Source: an uncultured Christensenellaceae bacterium
Lineage (GTDB): Bacteria; Bacillota; Clostridia; Christensenellales; UBA3700
Direction of reading: 5' to 3'
Assembly: GCA_944380355.1 (NCBI GenBank)
Contig: CALWHJ010000007.1
Span: 8,497 to 72,496 of the forward strand
DNA length: 64,000 nucleotides
Shown: positions 29,102-38,081 of the stretch, piece after piece
How positions within the stretch are numbered: position 1 is the stretch's first letter
How the letters are laid out: each line of letters starts with the position of its first letter
Made by a program: the position numbers and the translations under genes
The notes under the pieces: generated by a model
Seen by the model: the letters and a program-made list of their open reading frames with translations, nothing else
Told to the model about the DNA's origin: nothing
Databases searched by the model: none

Positions 29102-30391
29102 TTATTTGATTTTGCTCTCTTTCATTACTACGTACTCTTCACGCTCTGCGCCGACGGATACGTAAGTGATAGGACAACCTACGGCCTTTTCGATATATTC
29201 AATGTATTTTCTAGCCGCTTCAGGCAAATCCTCGGGCTTTCTGCACTTGGATATGTCGCAATTCCAGCCGTCCATATATTCGATTACGGGTTTTGCAATT
29301 CTCAAAGCCTCGCCGCTGGGGAAACTCGTAGTCTTCTTGCCGTCTACGGTATATGCCGTACATACGGGAATTTTCTTCATATAAGAGAGTACGTCAAGCT
29401 TCGTGAGCGCAAGCTCTGTCGCGCCCTGCATCTCTACGCCGTATTTGGAAGCTACCACGTCGAAAGGACCTACTCTTCTGGGTCTTCCCGTAGCCGCGCC
29501 GTACTCGCCGCCTGCCTTACGGAGCTCTTCTGCCTCATCGCCGAACATCTCAACGGTAAAAGGTCCTTCGCCTACGCAGGTGCTGTACGCTTTCATAATA
29601 CCGAATACGTTGTCAAGCTGATATTTGGGTATGCCCGCACCTATAGGCGCGTATGCCGCAATCGTATTGGAAGAAGAAGTATAAGGATTGATACCGAAGT
29701 CGATATCTCTCAATGCGCCGAGCTGAGCTTCGAATACGACCTTCTTGCCTGCCTTGAGACACTCGTCGAGATATTCTCCCGTATTGCACACGAAAGGCTT
29801 GAGTTTGTCGCCGTACTCCTTGAGCCACTTCATAATTTCTTCTACTTCTATCTTATCGGAACCGTAAGCCTTTTCGATAAAGAGGTTTTTCCATTCTACT
29901 ATGCTCTCGATACGCTTTCTCAAAGCCTCGGGATAGAACAAATCTCCCATCATAATGACTTTTTTGAGGTACTTATCACCGTATACGGGCGCAATACCTC
30001 TTCTCGTCGAACCGTACTTGGCGTCACCCAGTCTGTCTTCTTCGAGACAATCCTGTCTTACGTGGTAAGGCATACAGATAACCGCTCTGGAGCTGATTTT
30101 GAGATTTTCGGGAGTAATCTTTACGCCCTTTTCCGTCAATCTGCCCATTTCGCCGACAAGGTGCTGCATATCTATTACCATACCGTTGCCCATTACGTTG
30201 ACTACTTCGGGACGAAGAATACCCGAAGGAATAAGGTTGAGAATAAACTTGCCCAAATGATTAATTACGGTATGTCCTGCGTTGTTACCGCCCTGATACC
30301 TTACGACAACGTCGTAATCGCTGGACACAAGGTCTACCATTCTGCCTTTGCCTTCGTCGCCCCAGTTGATTCCTACAATTGCTGTTAACAT
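29102..30391 (-). CDS. purA: Adenylosuccinate synthase
   Basis: INWGDEGKGRMVD and GGNNAGHT motifs. I prefer the ATG at 30389-30391 (MLTAIVG...), which has a GGAGATAAAG RBS. The ORF track extends to 30490. Confidence 0.95.
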   Translation of the reverse strand: MLTAIVGINWGDEGKGRMVDLVSSDYDVVVRYQGGNNAGHTVINHLGKFILNLIPSGILRPEVVNVMGNGMVIDMQHLVGEMGRLTEKGVKITPENLKISSRAVICMPYHVRQDCLEEDRLGDAKYGSTRRGIAPVYGDKYLKKVIMMGDLFYPEALRKRIESIVEWKNLFIEKAYGSDKIEVEEIMKWLKEYGDKLKPFVCNTGEYLDECLKAGKKVVFEAQLGALRDIDFGINPYTSSSNTIAAYAPIGAGIPKYQLDNVFGIMKAYSTCVGEGPFTVEMFGDEAEELRKAGGEYGAATGRPRRVGPFDVVASKYGVEMQGATELALTKLDVLSYMKKIPVCTAYTVDGKKTTSFPSGEALRIAKPVIEYMDGWNCDISKCRKPEDLPEAARKYIEYIEKAVGCPITYVSVGAEREEYVVMKESKIK

Positions 30392-30435
30392 CTTTATCTC
30401 CTTTAACTTTTGAATGTTATATAAATTTATTTTAT

Positions 30436-30487
30436 CGTGTTTGTGTAGCGGTGCGCCTCTGCGTGTTTGTGTAGCGGTGCGCGTCTG
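30436..30487. repeat. 26-bp tandem direct repeat x2 upstream of purA
   Basis: cgtgtttgtgtagcggtgcgcCtctg (30436-30461) is followed immediately by cgtgtttgtgtagcggtgcgcGtctg (30462-30487), with one mismatch. Confidence 0.9.
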
Positions 30488-30625
30488 CACCTCTTAATCT
30501 TTAGTCGTATCAGAACCGTTTTCCAGTTAATAACGGTTTGCCTACCGCCCCTCGCATACTGCGCCTATTGATTGCCGCCTCAACGCATACCGCATAATCG
30601 GTTTTCTCTCGTCCGACAAGTATTG

Positions 30626-33600
30626 TTATTTTTTGTTGTCAAAACGGTTGAGAAACTCTTTTGCTCTGTCCTTTTCTCTCTGTATAAAGCCCTTTGTCTC
30701 TTTAAACAATGCCTTGAACGCTTCTATCTCCACGCGCATAAACGCCATTATAGGGATTATGCACAGCATAATGATTACGAGTTTTACCACCATATCGGGA
30801 TAGAGCGATACGAGCGTAAACATTTCGCTGAGGAAAGGATTGCTTACCGCGAAAATGAACGCTACGAACAAAAGCGCAAGCATAAATATCTTGTCTTTCG
30901 TGTAAGGCATACATACCTGCATAAGGACTATGAACGATACGCACGCCGTGATATAAACGCTCATCGTAGATATCTGAGGACTTACGTCAAAACCGATATC
31001 GTTGTAAATCCAACATATCAGCGTTATAGCAAACGCTACGGTAAGTCCCGCCGGCAACGCTCGCTTGAATACCTTGCTCAGGAAGTTGCCTTTTACGCGT
31101 CTGTCGTTAGGCTCGAGCGCGAGAATGAACGAAGGTATACCTACGAACAAAGTGTTTATCAACGTGAGCTGTATAGGCTCGAAAGGATACGTCGAAAGCT
31201 GGAATATAATAAGCAACAACGACAGTACCGCGCTGAACGTAGTTTTTACGAGGAAGAGCGAAGCCGCTCTCTCGATGTTGTTGATAACTCTTCTGCCCTC
31301 TGCTACTACGCTCGGCAAAGCCGAGAAGTCGCTGTCGAGAAGTACCAGCTGAGATACGTTACGGCTTGCATCCGAACCGCTTGCCATTGCTATCGAACAG
31401 TCCGCTTCCTTGAGTGCCATTACGTCGTTGACGCCGTCTCCCGTCATACCTACGGTGTGACCGTGCGCCTTAAGCGCGGCAATAAGTTCCTTTTTCTGCG
31501 AGGGAGAAACTCTTCCGAATACGGTATACTTCTCTGCCGCTTCGTAAATCTTATCGGGAGTATCCAAATCCACGGACGCGTCCACATACTTTTCTGCATT
31601 TTTAAGTCCCGCTCTTTCCGCTACCTTGGAAACCGTCAAAGGATTGTCTCCCGAGATAACCTTGAGCTGAACGCCCTGTTTTTCAAAATAATCGAAAGTC
31701 GCTTTCGCGGTACTTCTTATCTTGTCGCTCAATACTATAAGCGCAATTATCTTCATCTTCTCGGTAGACATATCGCCGTCTTTCAACACCTCGCCGGTCT
31801 TCACCAGTACAAGGACTCTGAAGCCCTGAGAAGCGTATTCCTTGACGTCGCGGTCAACCATATAATATCTGTCTTTGAGCACGAATTCGGGCGCGCCTAC
31901 GATAAACGTGCCTGCGTCCTTAAAACTTGCTCCGCTCCACTTTCTTGCCGACGAGAAAGGCATCAGTTTGAGCACCTCGTATCTCTCATTTGATGAGAAA
32001 TAATTAGCGCACGCCTCAAAAGTCGCGTTGTTTTGTCCGAGCGCGCTTACAAGATTTGCCATTATATCGTCTACCGAGCCGAGACGAGAAGAATATACGT
32101 GTACGTTTTCAACCTGCATCGTACCCTCGGTAATCGTACCCGTCTTGTCGAGACACAGCGTGTCTACTCTCGCAAGCGTTTCTATCGAGTACAAATCCTG
32201 TACGAGCGTACGTCTTTTTGCAAGACGAATAATACCCAAAGCCAGCGCGATTGACGTGAGCATTACCAGACCTTCGGGTATCATACCTATTACCGACGAA
32301 ACGGTAGCGGTAACGGCACTCGAAACGCTGGCAGCGTACGTCATATTAGTCTTGAACATCAATATTCCGAGAGGGAAAATGATAATCGTCGCGATACGGA
32401 TAATCCAGTTAATGGAGCGCATGAGTTCGGATTTTGACTTTTTGAACTTCTTTGCTTCACTCATAAGCTTGGAAGCATAAGTGTCGTCTCCTACCGCGAT
32501 AACCCTTGCCTTACACGTACCCGACTGCACAAAACTACCCGACATCATTCTGTCGCCGTTTTGTTTGTGGATATCGTCCTGTTCGCCCGTAAGAAGCGAT
32601 TCGTTGACTTCGCATTCTCCGTCGACGACGATACAGTCCGTAGGTATCTGACTTCCTTGTTTGAGAATTATTATATCGTCGATTACAATCTCGCTTGTGG
32701 GCAAACTGACCTTCTCTCCGCTTCTCATAACTTCGATAGACGGCGCGGATACAAGCGACAGCTTGTCGAGTGCGACTTTCGAACGTATCTCTTGCACTAT
32801 ACCTATTACGAGGTTGACGATTGCGATTATCGCAAACAACATATTCTTGACCTGTCCGTTGAAGATGAGTATCATCGCGGCAAGGAATACGTTGACGATA
32901 TTAAACAGTGTGAATATGTTGGTGGTAAATATCTTGAGATAGGATTTTGAGATTGCGTCGGACTTGAAGTTGACCATATTGCGCAATACTCTTTCTTCTA
33001 CTTGCTCTTTGTCGAGACCCGCATCAGGGTCGGCGTATACGTTGATAAAAGGCGTATCCTTGAGTGCTTTAGCCTTTTCCTTGTTTACGGCTCGCAAATC
33101 CTTATAGAGATTTCTGCGCTTTTTGCTCGTCTTTATCTTAGGCTGTTTTGCCTTCTTGTGTTTTTTATCCTCTTCTTTTTTGTCGTTTTGCTCGTCTATT
33201 TTTTCCATTTCGAGCGCAAAATTACTCTCGAAAGAAACTTCTCTCTCTTCTTCTGCCTGATTGTCGCCGTCTTTTTTGCCTTTTGACTTTTTGACGGCTA
33301 TGGTCTTGACTTCAAGAGTTTTTTCGGATTGAATTTTTTCGTGACTTTTCTTTGAAGCCTTGACTTCTTTTGACTTGGTCTTTTTGTCTGCGTGTTTTTC
33401 CTGCGCATTTTCCCCGTCGGCAATTTCCTGCGCATCTTCGACCTTAGACAGGGAATCTTCCTTGTCTTTTAACTGAGCGGGACCTCTATCCTGTTTTGAC
33501 AAAGCGGAAATTGCTTTGCCGCCGGATTTGCTGTCACCCCTATCCTTCGCCAAAACGTCTGACGCACTCAAATCGGCAAGGCTTTCGGGAATATCCGCAA

Positions 33601-33748
33601 GCATCTCGCCCTGCGATTTTTTAGATGCACTCTTTCTGCTTCCGGAAGGTCTCGGACTTCTGCCCTGAGACTTAACCGTCTGCACAGGCTCAACGTCCGA
33701 AAGAGTAAGCTGCTCGTTTTGACTGTCCTTTTTAGATTTTCCTGCCAT
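30626..33748 (-). CDS. Cation-translocating P-type ATPase (P2-like) with a long Lys/Ser/Glu-rich N-terminal extension
   Basis: DKTGTITEG, PEGL and TGDGVNDVMALKEAD motifs with about 8-10 TM helices. I chose the start at ATG 33746-33748 (MAGKSKK), which has an AAGGA RBS. The first ~230 aa are low-complexity. Confidence 0.9.
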   Translation of the reverse strand: MAGKSKKDSQNEQLTLSDVEPVQTVKSQGRSPRPSGSRKSASKKSQGEMLADIPESLADLSASDVLAKDRGDSKSGGKAISALSKQDRGPAQLKDKEDSLSKVEDAQEIADGENAQEKHADKKTKSKEVKASKKSHEKIQSEKTLEVKTIAVKKSKGKKDGDNQAEEEREVSFESNFALEMEKIDEQNDKKEEDKKHKKAKQPKIKTSKKRRNLYKDLRAVNKEKAKALKDTPFINVYADPDAGLDKEQVEERVLRNMVNFKSDAISKSYLKIFTTNIFTLFNIVNVFLAAMILIFNGQVKNMLFAIIAIVNLVIGIVQEIRSKVALDKLSLVSAPSIEVMRSGEKVSLPTSEIVIDDIIILKQGSQIPTDCIVVDGECEVNESLLTGEQDDIHKQNGDRMMSGSFVQSGTCKARVIAVGDDTYASKLMSEAKKFKKSKSELMRSINWIIRIATIIIFPLGILMFKTNMTYAASVSSAVTATVSSVIGMIPEGLVMLTSIALALGIIRLAKRRTLVQDLYSIETLARVDTLCLDKTGTITEGTMQVENVHVYSSRLGSVDDIMANLVSALGQNNATFEACANYFSSNERYEVLKLMPFSSARKWSGASFKDAGTFIVGAPEFVLKDRYYMVDRDVKEYASQGFRVLVLVKTGEVLKDGDMSTEKMKIIALIVLSDKIRSTAKATFDYFEKQGVQLKVISGDNPLTVSKVAERAGLKNAEKYVDASVDLDTPDKIYEAAEKYTVFGRVSPSQKKELIAALKAHGHTVGMTGDGVNDVMALKEADCSIAMASGSDASRNVSQLVLLDSDFSALPSVVAEGRRVINNIERAASLFLVKTTFSAVLSLLLIIFQLSTYPFEPIQLTLINTLFVGIPSFILALEPNDRRVKGNFLSKVFKRALPAGLTVAFAITLICWIYNDIGFDVSPQISTMSVYITACVSFIVLMQVCMPYTKDKIFMLALLFVAFIFAVSNPFLSEMFTLVSLYPDMVVKLVIIMLCIIPIMAFMRVEIEAFKALFKETKGFIQREKDRAKEFLNRFDNKK

Positions 33749-33795
33749 CAAAGTATCCTTATAACACAAAAATATAGCTTAATTAAAGCAACTAA

Positions 33796-33824
33796 ATAAT
33801 ATCACAGCAAGCCGTAATTGTCAA
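33796..33824 (-). promoter_or_regulatory. Candidate sigma-A promoter of the P-type ATPase gene
   Basis: Minus strand reads TTGACA - 17 nt - TATTAT, about 50 nt upstream of the start codon. Confidence 0.55.
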
Positions 33825-34141
33825 ATATATTTATATTATTACACAGGCGCAAAACAATAATCATTATTCACAAAAACCTTTCGCAAAATCGTAATTCGCA
33901 AACAATATAGTATCAATTACCTTGATAATTCTTTACCGGCATTTAAAATTTGCAAATACGCCACAAATCCTTATTCGCTTTTCTCGTCAATCTTTTTCAC
34001 ATAAACAATTTTACAATTCCTCTCAAAGCAATTCTCTCAATGTTTTCCTCAGCCTGGAGTAATCAAATTTTCACGTTTGATTTGCATAACACCCGTATAA
34101 GCTTCTTCTTCAATAGTTTGTTATCTGACTACTCTTTCAAT

Positions 34142-34203
34142 ATTATTTTCCAACTGAATTATTTTCCAACTGACTGTATTCACTAACTGACCGTATTCCC
34201 TAA
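34142..34203. repeat. Two adjacent short tandem duplications
   Basis: attattttccaactga occurs twice, perfect, at 34142-34157 and 34158-34173. It overlaps ctgacYgtattcMctaa, which occurs twice at 34170-34186 and 34187-34203. Confidence 0.85.
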
Positions 34204-34237
34204 TCGCATACCTGCCGCTAATTCCCGCTTAAATTAC

Positions 34238-34258
34238 GATTTGAACATTGTTCAGTTT
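34238..34258. repeat. 21-bp repeat copy A containing palindrome TGAACA-T-TGTTCA
   Basis: gatttgaacattgttcagttt, identical to 34761-34781. A partial third copy, tgttcagtttta, lies at 34859-34870. Confidence 0.9.
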
Positions 34259-34760
34259 TATTATATATGTGCAATATATGCACTGAATACATACTCACAC
34301 TTTTATAACTAATCCGTAATCAAACCGACAAAACAAACTTTTGATAACGCAGATTTAAAGCGTTAATGCCTGATCTACTCCCCATGCCATCATTACTCAT
34401 TTTGTCGAGATTTAACTAATAAATAGGCTTAGAAACATTTCGAAAGATAATGTAGATAATGTATTTATATAATTAAAAGCAACACTTTCGCTATAAAGAC
34501 TTATAACTGTCTGGCTATTGCCATTTCAGTTCATTTTTTGTTCAAATATGAGTTTTAACTCATATAAAGCATTTTGTTGCTATATTCATTTTATACTTTT
34601 ACACCTTTTTTCAACGCGTTTCAAAATATAAACATACAAATATACCCCTCGTCTATCCCCTTCGTCAATCGGCAATCTTCAAATTCGGATATCTCAGCTC
34701 CGACAAATAAACACATTCCCCCGTTGGCAACAAACAATTATTATTATCATTAAAAACAAG

Positions 34761-34781
34761 GATTTGAACATTGTTCAGTTT
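34761..34781. repeat. 21-bp repeat copy B containing palindrome TGAACA-T-TGTTCA
   Basis: Identical 21-mer, 523 bp from copy A, inside the same gene-free AT-rich region. Confidence 0.9.
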
Positions 34782-35030
34782 ATAAATTATGCTTAGTATG
34801 ATAATAGTATATCCTGAGCATTTCATACTCGTTGCTTGCCGCATACAAAATTATACACTGTTCAGTTTTAATTAAAAACAATACGCAAAAACGATATCCT
34901 TATCCGCTTCTCATATTTAAAAATCCTATACACACTCCTGCATAAATTGAAGAATCACCATAAGCTGACACCCCCATATAATTTAATACATAGCACGCCT
35001 ACACCTCTTTATTTTGCAAAAAGCTTTTAT

Positions 35031-35071
35031 CAAATACAAAAGCCGCTTCCCATAGACAGGAAAAGCGGCTT
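35031..35071 (-). terminator. Rho-independent terminator of the aromatic operon (after tyrA)
   Basis: Minus strand reads AAGCCGCUU ... AAGCGGCUU followed by UUGUAUUUGAU. Confidence 0.7.
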
Positions 35072-35201
35072 TGTTATGAACATTATTAACTTTATGATTA
35101 TAAAATGTTTTCAACAAAATGAATTAAACCTTTAGAATATAATTCTATCAGGTTGACGCAATCAGGTTTGAGAAGATTTTTATAGTACAAATATATCTTG
35201 C

Positions 35202-36065
35202 TTATTTATCACTCTTTTTCTTCTCAAGACCTATTCTTCTGGCAGTAGATTTGACAAACAATTCTTTTAACGTTTTATCGTCATTATCCTCAACTGCCTT
35301 TTTCAAAAGCGAAAGCTGATTTTCAAAAGACGTTATGGAATGCAAAAGATTTTGCTTATTACCCATAAAAAGTTCGCTCCACAAGTCCTCATTGATATTG
35401 GCTATTCTCGTCAGATCTCTGTAACTGTCTCCTATATAACTTGCAGTCTCGCTGTTTTCGTCGTCGCTGTTGATTAAGGATACCGCTATCGCGTGAGGAA
35501 GCTGCGAAGTGTATGCTATAACTTTATCGTGAGTAGCCGCATCGGTAATACGCACATTGCCGAAACCTATATCTTTGACAAGCTTAGTCATTCTGCAAAT
35601 TGCGTCTTCAGAGGTATTTTCTGTCTTGACTATAAGGAAGTTTGCACCTTGCAATACCTTATCGTCCGCATACTTAAAACCGCGCTTTTCTCTGCCCGCC
35701 ATAGGATGACAGAACAAAAACTCACAACCGTCAGGCACATTCGCATTGATTTTATCGACAAACATACTCTTTATGCCGGCAACGTCGCTTATCAAACAGC
35801 CTTTTTTGATATACTTTCCGTATTTTTCCAGATAGTCGATAATTTGATTAGGATAAAGCGCGATTATTATAATATCACTTTTTTCAAAAAACTTTTCGGG
35901 AGTATGCGCCCCCTCTTTTATTGCACCCGCTTGCAAAGCAAGGTCAAGTCCTTCTTTGGACCTGTTTACTCCGTAAACGGTATAGCCTTTTTTGGACAGT
36001 GCGATTGCGTACGAACCGCCTACAACACCCAGTCCGACTATTGTTATTACTTTATCCTCTTTCAT
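35202..36065 (-). CDS. tyrA: Prephenate dehydrogenase
   Basis: 287 aa. Rossmann motif ITIVGLGVVGGSYA and CHPMAGRE motif. Confidence 0.85.
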   Translation of the reverse strand: MKEDKVITIVGLGVVGGSYAIALSKKGYTVYGVNRSKEGLDLALQAGAIKEGAHTPEKFFEKSDIIIIALYPNQIIDYLEKYGKYIKKGCLISDVAGIKSMFVDKINANVPDGCEFLFCHPMAGREKRGFKYADDKVLQGANFLIVKTENTSEDAICRMTKLVKDIGFGNVRITDAATHDKVIAYTSQLPHAIAVSLINSDDENSETASYIGDSYRDLTRIANINEDLWSELFMGNKQNLLHSITSFENQLSLLKKAVEDNDDKTLKELFVKSTARRIGLEKKKSDK

Positions 36066-36176
36066 ACCTACCTCATATCGCGACGAATTAACGATTTAGC
36101 GATTTACAATCTGTTATCATTTCATTTACTCCGCCGCGTACTATCAATACCGTTTTATTCTTGCTTCAAATATTGA

Positions 36177-36620
36177 TTACGCCTTGTTGTTCTTGAGCAA
36201 CATTTCCACCGCTTCTACGTAGCCGTCTATGCCTTTACCGACAATCTGTCCGACACAAGCGGGAGCTGTTACGGAAACGCGCCTGAAAGCTTCTCTTTCG
36301 TCGATTTTTGAGATATGCACCTCGACTACGGGCAACGGCGCAATCGCCTTTATAGCGTCAAAAAGCGCATAGCTGTAATGCGTATACGCACCGGGATTAA
36401 TTACAATTCCGTCAAATTTATCAAAATAACACTTGTGCAGACAATCTACAAGCGCACCCTCGCAGTTAGACTGATAGAAAGACAACTCTGCGCCCGTATC
36501 CTTGCACTTATCTTCAATATATTTGCACATCCCGGCGTAATCCATAGTGCCGTATATGTCTTTTTCGCGTATTCCCAGCATATTTAGGTTTACGCCGTTG
36601 ACAATCATAATTTTTTTCAT
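36177..36620 (-). CDS. aroQ: Type II 3-dehydroquinate dehydratase
   Basis: 147 aa. NGVNLNMLGIRE, INPGAYTHYSYA and EVHISKI motifs. Confidence 0.9.
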   Translation of the reverse strand: MKKIMIVNGVNLNMLGIREKDIYGTMDYAGMCKYIEDKCKDTGAELSFYQSNCEGALVDCLHKCYFDKFDGIVINPGAYTHYSYALFDAIKAIAPLPVVEVHISKIDEREAFRRVSVTAPACVGQIVGKGIDGYVEAVEMLLKNNKA

Positions 36621-36776
36621 ATATACCTCTTTAATTTATACCGCATTACCGTTTTTGCATTAAAATTCTTATTTTAGAATTTTCGCAATACCGAACACGT
36701 AATACTCTATGCTATTTATCCCGTCAGCCGCTTTAGCTCAATACAAAAGCGACTTAGCAAATTATAAACCTATACT

Positions 36777-38060
36777 TTATTTTATTACGTTGACAATATC
36801 TTTTACAGTCTTATAGATATCGTACTCGTAACTCTTTACCGCAACGTCGCAAGTCGCATAATACCTGTCTTTACGCGCTTCGTATATGCTCACGAGTTTA
36901 TCTTTGCCGTCTTTGAGAAGGGGTCTGGTATCGGTATTGATACCGTTGAGAATATCTTCGATATTTCTCTCGATAAGCACTATAATACCGCTGAGTTTCA
37001 TAGCACTGACGTTTTCGTCTTTGAGTATCGCGCCGCCGCCTGTCGCAACCACTATATTCTTGCGTAGCGACAACTCGTACATTGCCTTAGACTCCCACTT
37101 TCTGAATACGTGTTCACCCTCGGCAAAAAGCTGCTTTACCGTACGTCCCGATATCTTCTCTATATACTCGTCCGCGTCTATGAATTCCCAGCCCAAAGTA
37201 CGCGCTACGCGCTTGCCTTTTACCGTCTTTCCGCACGACATAATGCCCGTAAGATAGATATTTCCGCCGTTTTTCTGAAAGTATTCTTTCATAAGCGCGT
37301 TGTAAATATCCACATAAAGCTCTTTGTCGGTAATTTTCTTTTGCCATATCTCCTCAGACTTCATAGCCTGCGCGACAAGCATATACAGACCGCCTACGGC
37401 TTTTTTACCCAGCCTTACAGCAGCCTTAAGAAGCTCGGTATATACGGGATTGTAGACTATATCTACAACCGTATCGAAATTTGCTATTACGTTTTCGCTT
37501 ACGGGGCAATTGTCAACGTTGGGATACATACCCACGGGAGTTGTATTGACCAGCACATCTCCTCTAAAGCTTTCAAGCGCGGAATAAGTCATATATCCTT
37601 CTTCTGAAGTATCTTTTCGCGTAACCACAATCACTTTTTTAGCACCGCGTTTTTTGAGGATATAGCATACAGATTTGCTTGCGCCGCCGCTTCCCAGCAC
37701 AACGAAAACTTTGTCTTTTATCGCAACGTCATTATGAATTAACAGGCTTTCAAAGCCGAAAGGGTCGGTATTAAAACCGTACATATCTCCGCCTTGATTT
37801 ACCACGGTATTGACCGCACCTATCTCTTTAGCTTCATCCGACGTACCGTTCAAATACTTGAGTACTTTTTCTTTATAAGGTACGGTGACGTTAAATCCGT
37901 CATACTCTTTAAGCAAACCGCTGCAATCTCCCAGCATATCCTCCATAGGTATCTGAGTAATTACGTAAGTTGAGTCCTGCTTGTAGTAATCAAAATAACG
38001 TTTATGTATCTGAGGCGACATAGAATGAGTAAGTTTTTCGCCTATAACGCAATATTTCAT
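36777..38060 (-). CDS. aroE: Bifunctional shikimate dehydrogenase (AroE) / shikimate kinase (AroK) fusion
   Basis: The N-terminal ~260 aa have the AroE pattern (SMSPQIH, NVTVPYK, GSGGASKS). The C-terminal ~165 aa have the AroK P-loop GIMSCGKT and the GGG motif ATGGGAI. Confidence 0.85.
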   Translation of the reverse strand: MKYCVIGEKLTHSMSPQIHKRYFDYYKQDSTYVITQIPMEDMLGDCSGLLKEYDGFNVTVPYKEKVLKYLNGTSDEAKEIGAVNTVVNQGGDMYGFNTDPFGFESLLIHNDVAIKDKVFVVLGSGGASKSVCYILKKRGAKKVIVVTRKDTSEEGYMTYSALESFRGDVLVNTTPVGMYPNVDNCPVSENVIANFDTVVDIVYNPVYTELLKAAVRLGKKAVGGLYMLVAQAMKSEEIWQKKITDKELYVDIYNALMKEYFQKNGGNIYLTGIMSCGKTVKGKRVARTLGWEFIDADEYIEKISGRTVKQLFAEGEHVFRKWESKAMYELSLRKNIVVATGGGAILKDENVSAMKLSGIIVLIERNIEDILNGINTDTRPLLKDGKDKLVSIYEARKDRYYATCDVAVKSYEYDIYKTVKDIVNVIK

Positions 38061-38081
38061 CTTTTCACTTCCTTAATGATA

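Noticed and set aside
33770-34100. Metal-sensing riboswitch (M-box, yybP-ykoY, NiCo) in front of the P-type ATPase gene
   Set aside because: The best promoter lies only about 50 nt upstream of the start codon, which leaves no room for an aptamer. The upstream DNA is AT-rich and lacks the conserved GC-rich cores I recall for these classes.
34242-34254. LexA (SOS) box
   Set aside because: The palindrome reads GAAC-ATT-GTTC, with a 3-nt spacer instead of the 4-nt spacer of the Gram-positive consensus. No SOS gene is adjacent.
33950-35135. ORFs 33950-34186(+) and 34947-35135(+) inside the AT-rich gap
   Set aside because: No Shine-Dalgarno sequence. Translations are Ile/Phe/Asn-rich, as expected from AT-rich DNA. 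One overlaps the tyrA terminator.
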